From assembly GCA_002104905.1 (NCBI GenBank), contig MCFE01000156.1, forward strand, positions 87,516-151,515: a stretch of DNA of 64,000 nucleotides, in the 5' to 3' direction. The notes beneath the pieces were generated by a model. That model was given only the letters and a program-made list of their open reading frames with translations, searched no databases and had not been told where the DNA came from. This document shows, piece after piece, positions 54,427 through 64,000 of the stretch (position 1 is the first letter of the stretch; each line of letters opens with the position of its first letter). The translations under genes and the position numbers were made by a program. The DNA comes from Basidiobolus meristosporus CBS 931.73. Lineage: Eukaryota; Fungi; Basidiobolomycota.

Positions 54427-54888
54427 ATGAGGGGAAAGCTTAAGGACCGCTACTTGGGGATCAAGACCAAAAGAGGAAGCTGCCTCTACCATAGCAGTCC
54501 TTGCGCTCCAAAGGAAGACCAAGAGTCTACTATAGACAAAGATTGCGGCAAGAAGAGCAGTACAATTACCAGTTCTGGTAGTGGTACCTTTGGAAGTCCC
54601 AAATACCTGGAGAAAACTCGGAAAAAATTGGCAGATGACTCAATTGTCCTGAGGAGAAAACAAACCAATGCAATTGAGCAGTTCCAAAACAAACTTCAGC
54701 TTAGTTCTTCTTTGCCTCACTATAAAGTACTCCAAGTGGCTTATTTTGATTATAAGCGTATGAAGGAGAATCAGGCAGAGACTGATAAATTAAGTGATAG
54801 TCAATTGCATCACTTCTTAGATCAGGTAGAGAAACAGTTGCACAGCCAAGAGATGGAACAAGAATTGACAATTACAGAAACCAAATAA
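54427..54888 (+). other. Intronless 153-aa ORF of unknown function in CpG-depleted DNA
   Basis: Open frame followed by an AATAAA-rich tract; no recognised domain. Confidence 0.35.
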
Positions 54889-55039
54889 TTTTGCCAATGT
54901 AGTTTTGCATTTTAATAAAATAAAAGGGTGTTAATAAGAACAGAATAAAGTTAACTTATGTGTACATCAAATGAATCAAATACTGGCTAGATGGATGTTA
55001 CGTAGGAGCAAGAAGCTCAGTAACCTCAAAGGAAAGATA

Positions 55040-55905
55040 TGATGAATGGGCCACCAACATCATCAGAATGAGTATAAAATGGAGAAAGTAGACATAATCC
55101 TTCATAAAAAACAAGAAGCATGGAAGCAGGCAGTAGCCAGGTAGATGCCAGATGTGAAGGTAGAGTACAAAGAGAGCAAGGAAGGGGACAAGGATGTGGA
55201 AGAGGACGCGGAACCAGGTGCAGAAGAGGAAGAGGGCAAGGAAGTGGCCAAATCCAAGAGGAGCGTGAAGGAGGTGTTGCAGCAAACGTGGATGATGCTG
55301 AGCAAGTTGCTGTAGTCACTACCAGGCAGCCGGTCAACCAAGTTTCCCAAGTATTGTCAGAGGTTTGACAAGAGCTTCCGGAATATAGGACAACATTGCA
55401 CCATGAGATATTGCGACGTATGTGCCAGGAGATTAAACAGAGGAGGAGTGATATTGTAAAGCTAAATTGGAATATTGCTGGACTTCAAGTCCAGATTGAT
55501 TTCAGTTTCCACCATTCTACTGAGGCATTAGTGGCACAAATGGTGGAAAAGTTTGCCCACATCAGGGCAAGCGATGAGCAGGGTGCATCTTCCAACCCAG
55601 GTGTACTTGCAAGCAACAGTATTGGAGGGGATACTACTTCCTCCCTTGTACCTACCACAAGCTAAGAGACAAGAGCAGAATCCTCCACAACAATGAGAAT
55701 GGCCCCCACACAGGTTGATATGGAAGTGTGCAAAGAAGATGTGGAGAAGCAGAGTGGGGATACTATGGGCCAACCAGAAACTGTAATGGAGGCGGAGAGA
55801 CCAAGTCACATTGTCATCTTAAAAATACCACAGGTTGATTCATTGCTATCACTTCCCCCATCATCACTATCTGTGCCCCCATCACCACTGCTATCCTCTG
55901 GCTAA
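55040..55905 (+). pseudogene. Decayed ORF with an RG-rich low-complexity segment
   Basis: ORFs 55120..55368, 55396..55665 and 55693..55905 lie in one frame, separated by single stop codons. It contains GRGQGCGRGRG...RGRGQG. Confidence 0.45.
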
Positions 55906-56096
55906 CTTGAGTAAATAAAGAATTTCCACCATCCCAAATCAATGAATTGACAAGTAATAAGTTGAACTGATAAGATTGACAATTTACAGACTAATATACG
56001 TAAAGTATGTAGTACTTAAGAGCTTTCAAGTTGTGGTGTATTATCAAGTATTCACCGTCACATAAATCACGCAGCAGTTGTTGTATCCCTATCCCA

Positions 56097-57016
56097 ATGG
56101 CATTAGAAGCCAGCAGTTACAAGGAGCATTGGAAAAATTTTGGCGTTTACCTGGCAATGGTGGCTGGTGTAACAAAATGCAGCTATTGCTTGATGACCAT
56201 TACCCCATCTATGAGATACTTGCTATTATATGGAGGGTATTCTGTTGAGCACTTTCAAGACAGCAAAATATCCCTGCCTTATGATGAGCGTAGAGCTGAA
56301 GAAACATCCGGCCGTGGAATACTCTATGAGCCCAGCTCAAAGGTTCAAATGATTCACCTTGCAGATCTACACAGTGATGAAGACATCACAGTGACAGTTC
56401 TCCCAACTCCAGACAACATATCAACTACAGAGGCAGCCAAAGGGGTGATTTTAATTGGCAACAGCTGTGCTAGTGACCACAAGAATCTCTACATATATGG
56501 TGGCTTTGAGCTGAGTTGTAGAGAATACTCAGGGCAACATGAAAGTGCCAAAAAACGGGGGAAAAAGTGATATGAAGCAAGAGTGGGGAGACAATCAATA
56601 GAAGACTGAGCAAGCTGGAGGTAATCACGTACAAAGATGGCAATGGATGCTCCAGAGTATTGGAGACAAGGCCATTCTTGAATAATCCGGCAAATATGCC
56701 TTCAGCAAGAGGTTGGGCAGTTCTTACGTACGCATTTGATTGCTTATTCTTGCTGGGCAGCTATCCTACACCATTGGAACCACCTTATTCCCAACCAAAT
56801 GGGAGTTTTTTAAACAAGTTCTACTGTTTAAAATTGCAAACTGGTGATTGGGAAAGACAATATGTACACTCAGCAATACAGGAGCTTGGAGAAAACTTTA
56901 TTGCTGTGGTAAACAAGTATGGCAACCAAATCCAATACATCAACAATGCTAATGTTACATTCACCTATGATGTCAATAATCAGATCTGGATTTACCCTCC
57001 CAATCCAAGTCAGGAA
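56097..57016 (+). pseudogene. Kelch-like repeat region; 5' part of a Kelch-SNF2 ORF
   Basis: Motifs LLLYGG, LYIYGG, PSARGWA, LFLLGS, FYCLKLQTGDW and FTYDVNNQIW, with a frame break near 56570. Confidence 0.6.
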
Positions 57017-57366
57017 TGTTGTAAAAATTTGTATTTTCCACTTAAATATTCACCTAACTTAGTCACTTAGATCACCACCTTCAAATCCTAGAGAATACTG
57101 ACCAAATTCCTTGTCGGGATTTACTTAGAATATTTTCACCAAAATACCAGGTACCCAGAACATGAAAATTCTCAAAGTTGTCCAAACAGCCCCAAAATTT
57201 GCACACATGTTCTTGGGACCTTCCTTAACCTATTCTATGTGTTTGTAATGCCAAGACCATGTAAAAGTATAAATACTACTTTTACATTCAATAAATCATT
57301 AAGTGAAAACCACATAATCTACTTGTTCTCCAAATCACTTCCAATATCTCCAAGACTCTTACAACA

Positions 57367-57378
57367 GGTTATGAGCCC
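57367..57378 (+). promoter_or_regulatory. Primer-binding site complementary to the anticodon arm of initiator tRNA-Met (half-tRNA priming)
   Basis: GGTTATGAGCCC is the reverse complement of GGGCUCAUAACC. Confidence 0.85.
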
Positions 57379-60300
57379 CGAGCTGTCACTCTCTGCAATG
57401 TCTACTACTGCTATTACTGGAATTTTTCCCTCTGCTGAAAAGTTGGATGGATCTAACTACCAAGTGTGGAAGGTGAAGATGAAGATGCTGCTGCAAGAAA
57501 GAGGCCTTTGGGATATTGTCATGGGAGAAGAATGCCCTCCTAAAAACGTGGGAGAGGAAGCCTTAAAGTACCAGAAGAAAGAACAAAGTGCCTTTAACTG
57601 CATTTGCCTTAATGTCAAGGACAAATTGCTAATTCAATGCTCAAGAGCAAAAACGGCAAAGAATGCCTGGAAGGCATTAGAAGACACCTACCAGTCATGT
57701 TCAGCTGCCAAGAAAATGTATCTGAGAAGAAAATTCTTTACTACAAAGATGCTGCCAGGAGAAGAAATGAAAAATCTAATTAACAGAATTACCCTGCTGG
57801 TAGATGAGATGGAATCTGTGGGCGCACCAACTACTGATGAGGATGTGATAGTTACCATCCTGAATAGCCTGACAGACAAGTTTCAGGGCCTTGTATCAGC
57901 CCTAGAGTCCAGAACTGAAGATTTGACCTTAAATTACGTATATGGAAGGCTCCTGGATGAAGAATTAAGAAAATCAAGCGCCAATAAGAAGGAAGAAGAA
58001 AATGCTTTAATAAGCAATGATAACCAACAAAGGAGGTACCCAAGACCCTACAAAGGCAACAACAACCTATTTTGCAACTACTGCAAAAGGAAAGGACACA
58101 CATCAGACCGGTGTTTCAAAAAGAGAGATTATCAGCAAAAGAAGCCTGAATATGGAAATGCTGCAACAACTGAAGATAGACTATTCATATCTGCACTAAA
58201 TATGACCACAAACAAGGATTCTCAGACGTGGTATATTGACTCTGGAGCTTCTCAACACTTTACACACCAAAAAGAACTTTTTACCCAATATCAAGAAATT
58301 CCAATTAAGAAGGTTTTCATGGGTGACGATAGAACACTTGATGCAGTGGGAGAAGGAACTATCCAAGTAAACCTTAGAAGCAGTGAAGGAAGCCATACAC
58401 TGACCTTTAAAGAAGTACTCTATGTACCAGAAATAGCTAAGAACCTACTCTCTGTAAGCAAGGCCACAGCAGAAGGACTCAGTTTCAGTTTTGACAATTC
58501 TGGATGCAGGATCACTGATCAAAATGGTGCTCATATTGCTTCGGGCATCAGAGATCAGAACCTATACAAGTTGACTTATATTCCATCATATCTGGAAGCC
58601 AATATAAGTAACTTAAATGAAGAAACACCAATGCTTTGGCACAGGAGATTTGGACACATCAATTTTGATTATTTGCGCAAAATGATCAAAGATCAGCTAA
58701 TTTCTGGAGTGAAAATTGATCCCCCAGCTAATTTGGAGCACTGTGAAGCCTGCATATATGGGAAACAAGCCAGACAACCGTTCAAGAGCTCTGGGTTAAT
58801 CAAAACTAAGAAAAAATTAGATCTAATTCACTCAGATCTGTGTGGACCTATGCAAAATTTATCCTTAGGCGGGATGAAGTATTTAATCACTTTTATTGAT
58901 GATTATACAAGATACACATGGGTCTACTTCATGGAGAGAAAGGAAGAAGCTCTGTCTAAGCTCAGGGAGTTTAAAGCCATGGTGGAGAGAGAAACTGGTG
59001 AAAAAATCAAGAAAATACGCTCTGACAATGGTGGAGAATATACCTCAAAACTCTTCATCCACTTCTGCAAAATTCATGGGATAAAGCAAGAGACTACTGT
59101 ACCATACTCCCCACAGCAAAATGGAGTAGCAGAACGAGCTAACAGATCAATAATTGATATGGCAAGATCTATGATCCATGATCAAAAATTATCCTATGAT
59201 TTTTGGGCGGAATCAGTTGCCACTGCTGTATATCTTAAAAATAGGAGTTATAACAGAATACTTCGTGATTCTACTCCATTTGAAGCATGGTATGGATACA
59301 GACCAAGTGCAGAACATCTAAGAATATTTGGGTGTACAGCATATGCCAAAAAATTGGCTGGAAATCAGTCAAAATTTGAGCCAAAAAGTGTAAAATGCAT
59401 TTTTTTGGGCAACTGCAATGAGAGTAAGGCATACAGACTCTACAATACCAAAGCAAAGAAGCTTATCAAGTCCAGGGATGTGTTGTTTGATGAAAATTCA
59501 AAATTTTCACAAAAAATGACATCAGATGATGACGAAAATTTGATCTCAAGTTCACCAATTGTCAGGATTGAATCAGAGCAAAACAATGAAAATTTTTTCA
59601 CTCCAGAGGACTCTACAACCGTGGTTCAGCCAGAATCAGTGCCCAGGAATATCCCAGAAGTGATCATTCCAGTATCAAATGCCCGGAGATCCAATCGGAC
59701 AAGAAATAGCCCAAATTACTATATCAATGAGGGTACAAACTTAGCCTATGCCTATTCAGTCCATGTTGATGAACCCCAGACTGTAAAAGAGGCCCTAAAT
59801 AGCCCTCAGACGAAGTTTTGGAGATCTGCAATGACTGAGGAATATCAGGCACTGATGGAAAATCAAACTTGGGACTTAGTCAAATTACCAATCAACCGAA
59901 AATCAATTGGATGCAGATGGGTCTTCAAGACAAAATACAAGGCTGATGGTACAATTGAAAGATACAAAGCAAGACTTGTAGCCAAAGGATACTCTCAAAC
60001 AAAAGGACTTGACTATACTGAGACCTTTGCACCGGTAGCCAAGTTTAATTCCATCAGATTAATATTGGCTATTGCAGCCAAATATAAGTTTTATATTCAT
60101 CAAATGGATGTAAAAACTGCATTTTTGAATGGAGAACTTGATGAGGACGTGTATATGGACCAGCCTGATGGGTTTGTTGACCAAGATAACCCCCATTTGG
60201 TCTGCAAGCTTAAAAAGTCACTATATGGTCTCAAACAATCACCGAGAGCCTGGAATTGCAAGATAGATTCTTATTTGGAATCTTTGAGTTTCAAAAGGAG

Positions 60301-61342
60301 TAATACTGACTATAGTATATACTATAAGCCAGATAGAGCAAATCTAGTTCTATTAGCTCTATATGTGGATGATCTTATTATAGCCGCCAATAACCTAGAA
60401 ACATTGGAAGAGACTAAATCCAGCCTATCTAAGGAGTTCAAGATGTCCGATCTAGGAGAACTTAGTTACTACTTAGGGATTAAGTTCTCCATAGACAGAA
60501 GTACCCAGACTATTACCCTAAGCCAATCCAAGTATATTCAAGATATACTAAAGAAGTACAAAATGGAAGACTGTAAACCGGCAGCTACCCCAATGGAGAC
60601 AAACCTTAACTTGGTCAAAACTCAACCAAATCAAGAGAGCTTGGTGCCATCTGAAAGCCCTGACTTTCCTTATCAATCTATGGTCGGCAGTCTGATGTAT
60701 ATCATGCTTGGAACACGTCCAGATATCTCATATTCAGTGGGAGTTGTCAGCCAACATAATCAGAATTATGGATCTGATCATATTGCAGCAGTTAAGCGGA
60801 TTTTTAGATACCTAAAAGGAACTGCTGATATCTGCTTAAGATACACTTATAAGGATTCAGAACAGGATCTTGTGGGATACTCTGATGCTGATTGGGGACA
60901 AAATTTAGAAGACAGAAGATCCACCACAGGATACACCTTTCTTTACTGTCAAGGAGCAATTTCATGGAATTCAAGAAAGCAACCAATCATAGCACTTTCT
61001 ACCACAGAGGCAGAGTATATGGCAGCCTGTGAAGCTACAAAAGAAGCAATGTGGTTAAGAAAGCTCTTTACAGATTTAGGCCTATGTCAAAAAACGCCTA
61101 TTACTTTATTTCAAGATAATCAAGGATGTATACAATTAGGTAGAAATCCAACTTTTCATGCTAGAACCAAGCACATAGATATTAGACATCATTTCATACG
61201 TAAAGCTATAGAGAATAACTTAGTTAGCTTAGTTTACTGTCCTACAGATAAAATGATTGCAGACATATTTACCAAACCACTAGCTAGAGACAAGTTTGAA
61301 TATCTTAGGTCAAAATTAGGACTAGTCAGTATGAACATTTAG
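57371..61342 (+). CDS. Copia gag-pol polyprotein in a single uninterrupted ORF
   Basis: UBN2-type gag, CNYCKRKGHTSDRC knuckle, WYIDSGAS protease, WHRRFGH..CEAC, integrase (HSDLCGP, IRSDNGGEY, NGVAER), RT YVDD and RNase H GYSDADW. Confidence 0.97.
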   Translation: MSPELSLSAMSTTAITGIFPSAEKLDGSNYQVWKVKMKMLLQERGLWDIVMGEECPPKNVGEEALKYQKKEQSAFNCICLNVKDKLLIQCSRAKTAKNAWKALEDTYQSCSAAKKMYLRRKFFTTKMLPGEEMKNLINRITLLVDEMESVGAPTTDEDVIVTILNSLTDKFQGLVSALESRTEDLTLNYVYGRLLDEELRKSSANKKEEENALISNDNQQRRYPRPYKGNNNLFCNYCKRKGHTSDRCFKKRDYQQKKPEYGNAATTEDRLFISALNMTTNKDSQTWYIDSGASQHFTHQKELFTQYQEIPIKKVFMGDDRTLDAVGEGTIQVNLRSSEGSHTLTFKEVLYVPEIAKNLLSVSKATAEGLSFSFDNSGCRITDQNGAHIASGIRDQNLYKLTYIPSYLEANISNLNEETPMLWHRRFGHINFDYLRKMIKDQLISGVKIDPPANLEHCEACIYGKQARQPFKSSGLIKTKKKLDLIHSDLCGPMQNLSLGGMKYLITFIDDYTRYTWVYFMERKEEALSKLREFKAMVERETGEKIKKIRSDNGGEYTSKLFIHFCKIHGIKQETTVPYSPQQNGVAERANRSIIDMARSMIHDQKLSYDFWAESVATAVYLKNRSYNRILRDSTPFEAWYGYRPSAEHLRIFGCTAYAKKLAGNQSKFEPKSVKCIFLGNCNESKAYRLYNTKAKKLIKSRDVLFDENSKFSQKMTSDDDENLISSSPIVRIESEQNNENFFTPEDSTTVVQPESVPRNIPEVIIPVSNARRSNRTRNSPNYYINEGTNLAYAYSVHVDEPQTVKEALNSPQTKFWRSAMTEEYQALMENQTWDLVKLPINRKSIGCRWVFKTKYKADGTIERYKARLVAKGYSQTKGLDYTETFAPVAKFNSIRLILAIAAKYKFYIHQMDVKTAFLNGELDEDVYMDQPDGFVDQDNPHLVCKLKKSLYGLKQSPRAWNCKIDSYLESLSFKRSNTDYSIYYKPDRANLVLLALYVDDLIIAANNLETLEETKSSLSKEFKMSDLGELSYYLGIKFSIDRSTQTITLSQSKYIQDILKKYKMEDCKPAATPMETNLNLVKTQPNQESLVPSESPDFPYQSMVGSLMYIMLGTRPDISYSVGVVSQHNQNYGSDHIAAVKRIFRYLKGTADICLRYTYKDSEQDLVGYSDADWGQNLEDRRSTTGYTFLYCQGAISWNSRKQPIIALSTTEAEYMAACEATKEAMWLRKLFTDLGLCQKTPITLFQDNQGCIQLGRNPTFHARTKHIDIRHHFIRKAIENNLVSLVYCPTDKMIADIFTKPLARDKFEYLRSKLGLVSMNI

Positions 61343-61703
61343 CTGAGTGGGAGTGTCGTAAAAATTCGTATTTTCCACCTAAATATTCACCTAACTTAGT
61401 CACTTAGATCACCACCTTCAAATCCTAGAGAATACTGACCAAATTCCTTGTCGGGATTTACTTAGAATATTTTCACCAAAATACCAGGTACCCAGAACAT
61501 GAAAATTCTCAAAGTTGTCCAAACAGCCCCAAAATTTGCACACATGTTCTTGGGACCTTCCTTAACCTATTCTACGTGTTTGTAATGCCAAGACCATGTA
61601 AAAGTATAAATACTACTTTTACATTCAATAAATCATTAAGTGAAAACCACATAATCTACTTGTTCTCCAAATCACTTCCAATATCTCCAAGACTCTTACA
61701 ACA

Positions 61704-62068
61704 AGGAAGAAATGAGTACAAAGCAGCTACTAGGGCACATTCTTAATGAATTGGCAGCAATCTCTCAGCGGCACAAGAGGGAAGGCAAAGGAAGTGCTGA
61801 GACTGAAAATATCTTGCGGCATAGTGCCCATGGTCTTACTGTCCCACTTAAGAACCATCAAGCATTTGGCGTACAATGGCTGATGTATACAGAGGCCATC
61901 CATAAAGGAGCATTGCTTGCCAATTCCATGGGACTTGGAAAGACATTGCAGATATTAAGTTGCATATTGGAGACACCTGAGCAAAGGCCAAATCTTATTG
62001 TTGTCACGCTTGGAATACTTCTTAATTGGGTGATGGAGATAAAGACAAAAACAAGGATATCCAATGAA
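61704..62068 (+). pseudogene. SNF2-family ATPase N-terminal fragment; 3' part of the Kelch-SNF2 ORF, truncated by the LINE
   Basis: LKNHQAFGVQWLM...GALLANSMGLGKTLQIL...LIVV...LLNWVMEI corresponds to the Q motif, Walker A and motif Ia, with degenerate residues. Confidence 0.8.
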
Positions 62069-64000
62069 GGGTTAGAGTTAGGGGGGGAGACAGTCACCAA
62101 CAGGTGAAATCTTTATTTCAGTTGAAACAAAGAAGCCAGCGCTACTGTTGTAGCTTTGATACAAGAGTGTGTAGCTGAGGGGAATTTGTAGGTAAGTTAA
62201 TAAGAAGTGATGATAGCTCTTCAGTGCTCAAGACACTGTTCAGTGGGAAGGGGGGTAGCAAGAGAGGTAAGAATGACTTGTGAACAACATTAATGAGGGG
62301 AATGTGATAAGGATTGATATTCATCATAAATGGAGTGTGCTGCTGCAGATATTGCTGCCAAAGGTCTGTCAAGTATTTCAGGTAGGCCAGCTTGGGTTTT
62401 TCTGACTGCAGAATAAAGTGAGCAAACTTCTTGACTTCAGGATCTCCAAGTATAGTTCTCCAGCAGGAGCCAGGTGTTGTGTGGTGTGTTCTCTTCCAGG
62501 CCTTAATCAGTGGGTTGTTGCAGTTGTGAAGTCTGAGGTATAATCTGGTTCTAAGGTAGAGAAGTCTGATCTTATAGGGCATAAACCCAAAAGCACCAAG
62601 AATAGCATGTCTGTAGGGGCATTCAGGCAAATGAGGCACCAAGGAGGTAATGCACCATACTGCAAACTTGTCAAGCTTAGTGCAGTCTCTAGAAGTAAGA
62701 GAGAGAAGTGGTAAGCCAAATTCCAGGACAGGGAAGACAAACTGCTTGAGTAGAAGGAGGCAGCTGGGAGCTGAAGTTGTAGGAGGAGTAACAGCCAACA
62801 GCTTGTGGAGTGCCTGTCTTGCAAGGATAATTCTCTTCTTCAGGTGTGCTCCAGAGTCTAGTCCAGTAGGAAGGAAAGGAAAGCCAAGATATGTAGCAGA
62901 AACCTGAGCAGGTAGAGTGGAGTTCTCCAAGTTGATGGCAGAGCCCAAAGGTACTGTCTTTGCAATGGAAAGCTGGAGATTATTCTTCTGCAGATACTGC
63001 TGGATGGTCTGGGAGTCTTGTTGCACATTGGAGGAGGATATTCTGATGTCATCAGCAAAGAGAGTAACCAGGCAGTCAGCTGAGAGTCTTGTGAAATCAT
63101 TCAGGAAGATGGCAAACAGTATAGGACCAAGCACAGAGCCTTGAACCACTCCATTAGGAACTGAGAACACAGCTGATTGCTCACTTGGGTGCAGAATTCT
63201 TGCTTGTGGATCCAGAAACAGAGACCTGACAAGGAGGGTGAGAGAGGTACTGGAGAAGCATTGCAACTTGGACCAAAGCAGATTTCTGTCAACTGAATCA
63301 AAGGCCTTAGTAATATCAAACAGAACTGAGGGATACTTGCACTGGAGAGAGTGATCTTGGCTAAGTATGACTGCATATTCCAAGGAGAGGCCAGGAACAA
63401 AGCCAAACTGTGCAGGATGAAACTTGAGGGAGTCAGAGTAGAGCTCCTGAGCAAGCAGAAGCTCAAACACCTTTCTGCAGGTGGGCAGCAGAGATATAGG
63501 CCTGTAGGAGCTAGGATCCAGGTGCTTTCCTTTACCCTTGTACAGTGGCAGAACATTTGCAAAGGACCATTCCTCAGGAGTAGAAAGCTGGGCTGAGCAT
63601 TGCTGAAACAGTGGAAGCAGAAGTGCAGACATGGCCTTAGAACTAGTCTTCAGAAGCTCATAGGAGATTGTGTCCACACTTGGAGCAGTAGAGTTGGGAA
63701 GCCTCTTGAGCACATTATGGATTCTCCTTTGATCAAGTGCAAGTGGGATGGGCAGAGTCTTGAAGTCAGGATGAAAGCCAGGAGTTGAGTACTGCTTTGT
63801 AGAGAAGAAGATGTTAGCCAGCTGTTCTGTTGAAGGTAACTTCCTGGAAGAGGGCCTCATTGCTCTGTAGAGTCTTGATACTGTTCTTGTTATACAGTTG
63901 GAAGATTGCAGAGGCAAAGAACTCATAATATGATCCCAGAGCTGAGTATGCAGAGTGTGGTGAATTGCCTTGGAGAGGTGTATTGCTGTCAGGAGGAGTT
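62069..64000 (-). mobile_element. Non-LTR (LINE) retrotransposon, 3' part; the RT ORF runs from beyond 64000 to 62142
   Basis: Motifs YRPISLL, QFGF, FDITKAFDSV, GVVQGSVLGPILF and LFADD. The frame is open to the window edge. The short 3' UTR has AATAAA. Confidence 0.93.

Larger units (their letters stand above)
57017..61703 (+). mobile_element. Intact Ty1/copia LTR retrotransposon with 350-bp LTRs (57017-57366 and 61354-61703) and TSD AGGAA
   Basis: AGGAA occurs at 57012-57016 and 61704-61708. The LTRs differ at 4 of 350 positions by my alignment. PBS at 57367-57378 and PPT GAGTGGGAG at 61345-61353. Confidence 0.98.

Noticed and set aside
57239-57370. N-terminal Gag extension encoded in the LTR (ORF track start 57239, ATG 57248)
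   Set aside because: The ATG lies upstream of the TATA-like TATAAATA at ~57268, so it is probably not in the transcript. The start at 57371 or the next ATG is more likely.

Overview
Fungal genomic DNA with short (~50-80 bp) GT-AG introns; an early-diverging lineage is likely but that is inference. The window alternates between two sharply bounded compartments. (1) CpG-depleted repeat blocks at ~1-21420, ~28800-31080 and ~52450-64000 hold a CACTA-like remnant, a decayed Ty3/gypsy element, a nest of Ty1/copia copies, an LTR graveyard, a 155-bp tandem array, an intact copia with 5-bp TSD and a LINE reverse transcriptase. (2) CpG-normal gene islands hold SFP1-like, PPH3/PPP4C, RIB3, an F-box/LRR gene, BOS1, AIP1, COX4, ERG28, a YY1-like zinc-finger gene, a secreted metallo-beta-lactamase-fold gene and a few unidentified gene-like stretches. 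The best leads are: a compact ~185-aa YY1/Pho-like protein with a REPO/2W-hairpin motif plus two C2H2 fingers; a Kelch-SNF2 fusion ORF that reappears in frame when the copia is excised in silico; the 155-bp array upstream of it; and a 3'-terminal AATAAA/stem-loop/C-run motif shared by the LINE and a short non-coding element 9.6 kb away. Gene models, alignments and difference counts were made by eye, so boundaries marked ~ are approximate.
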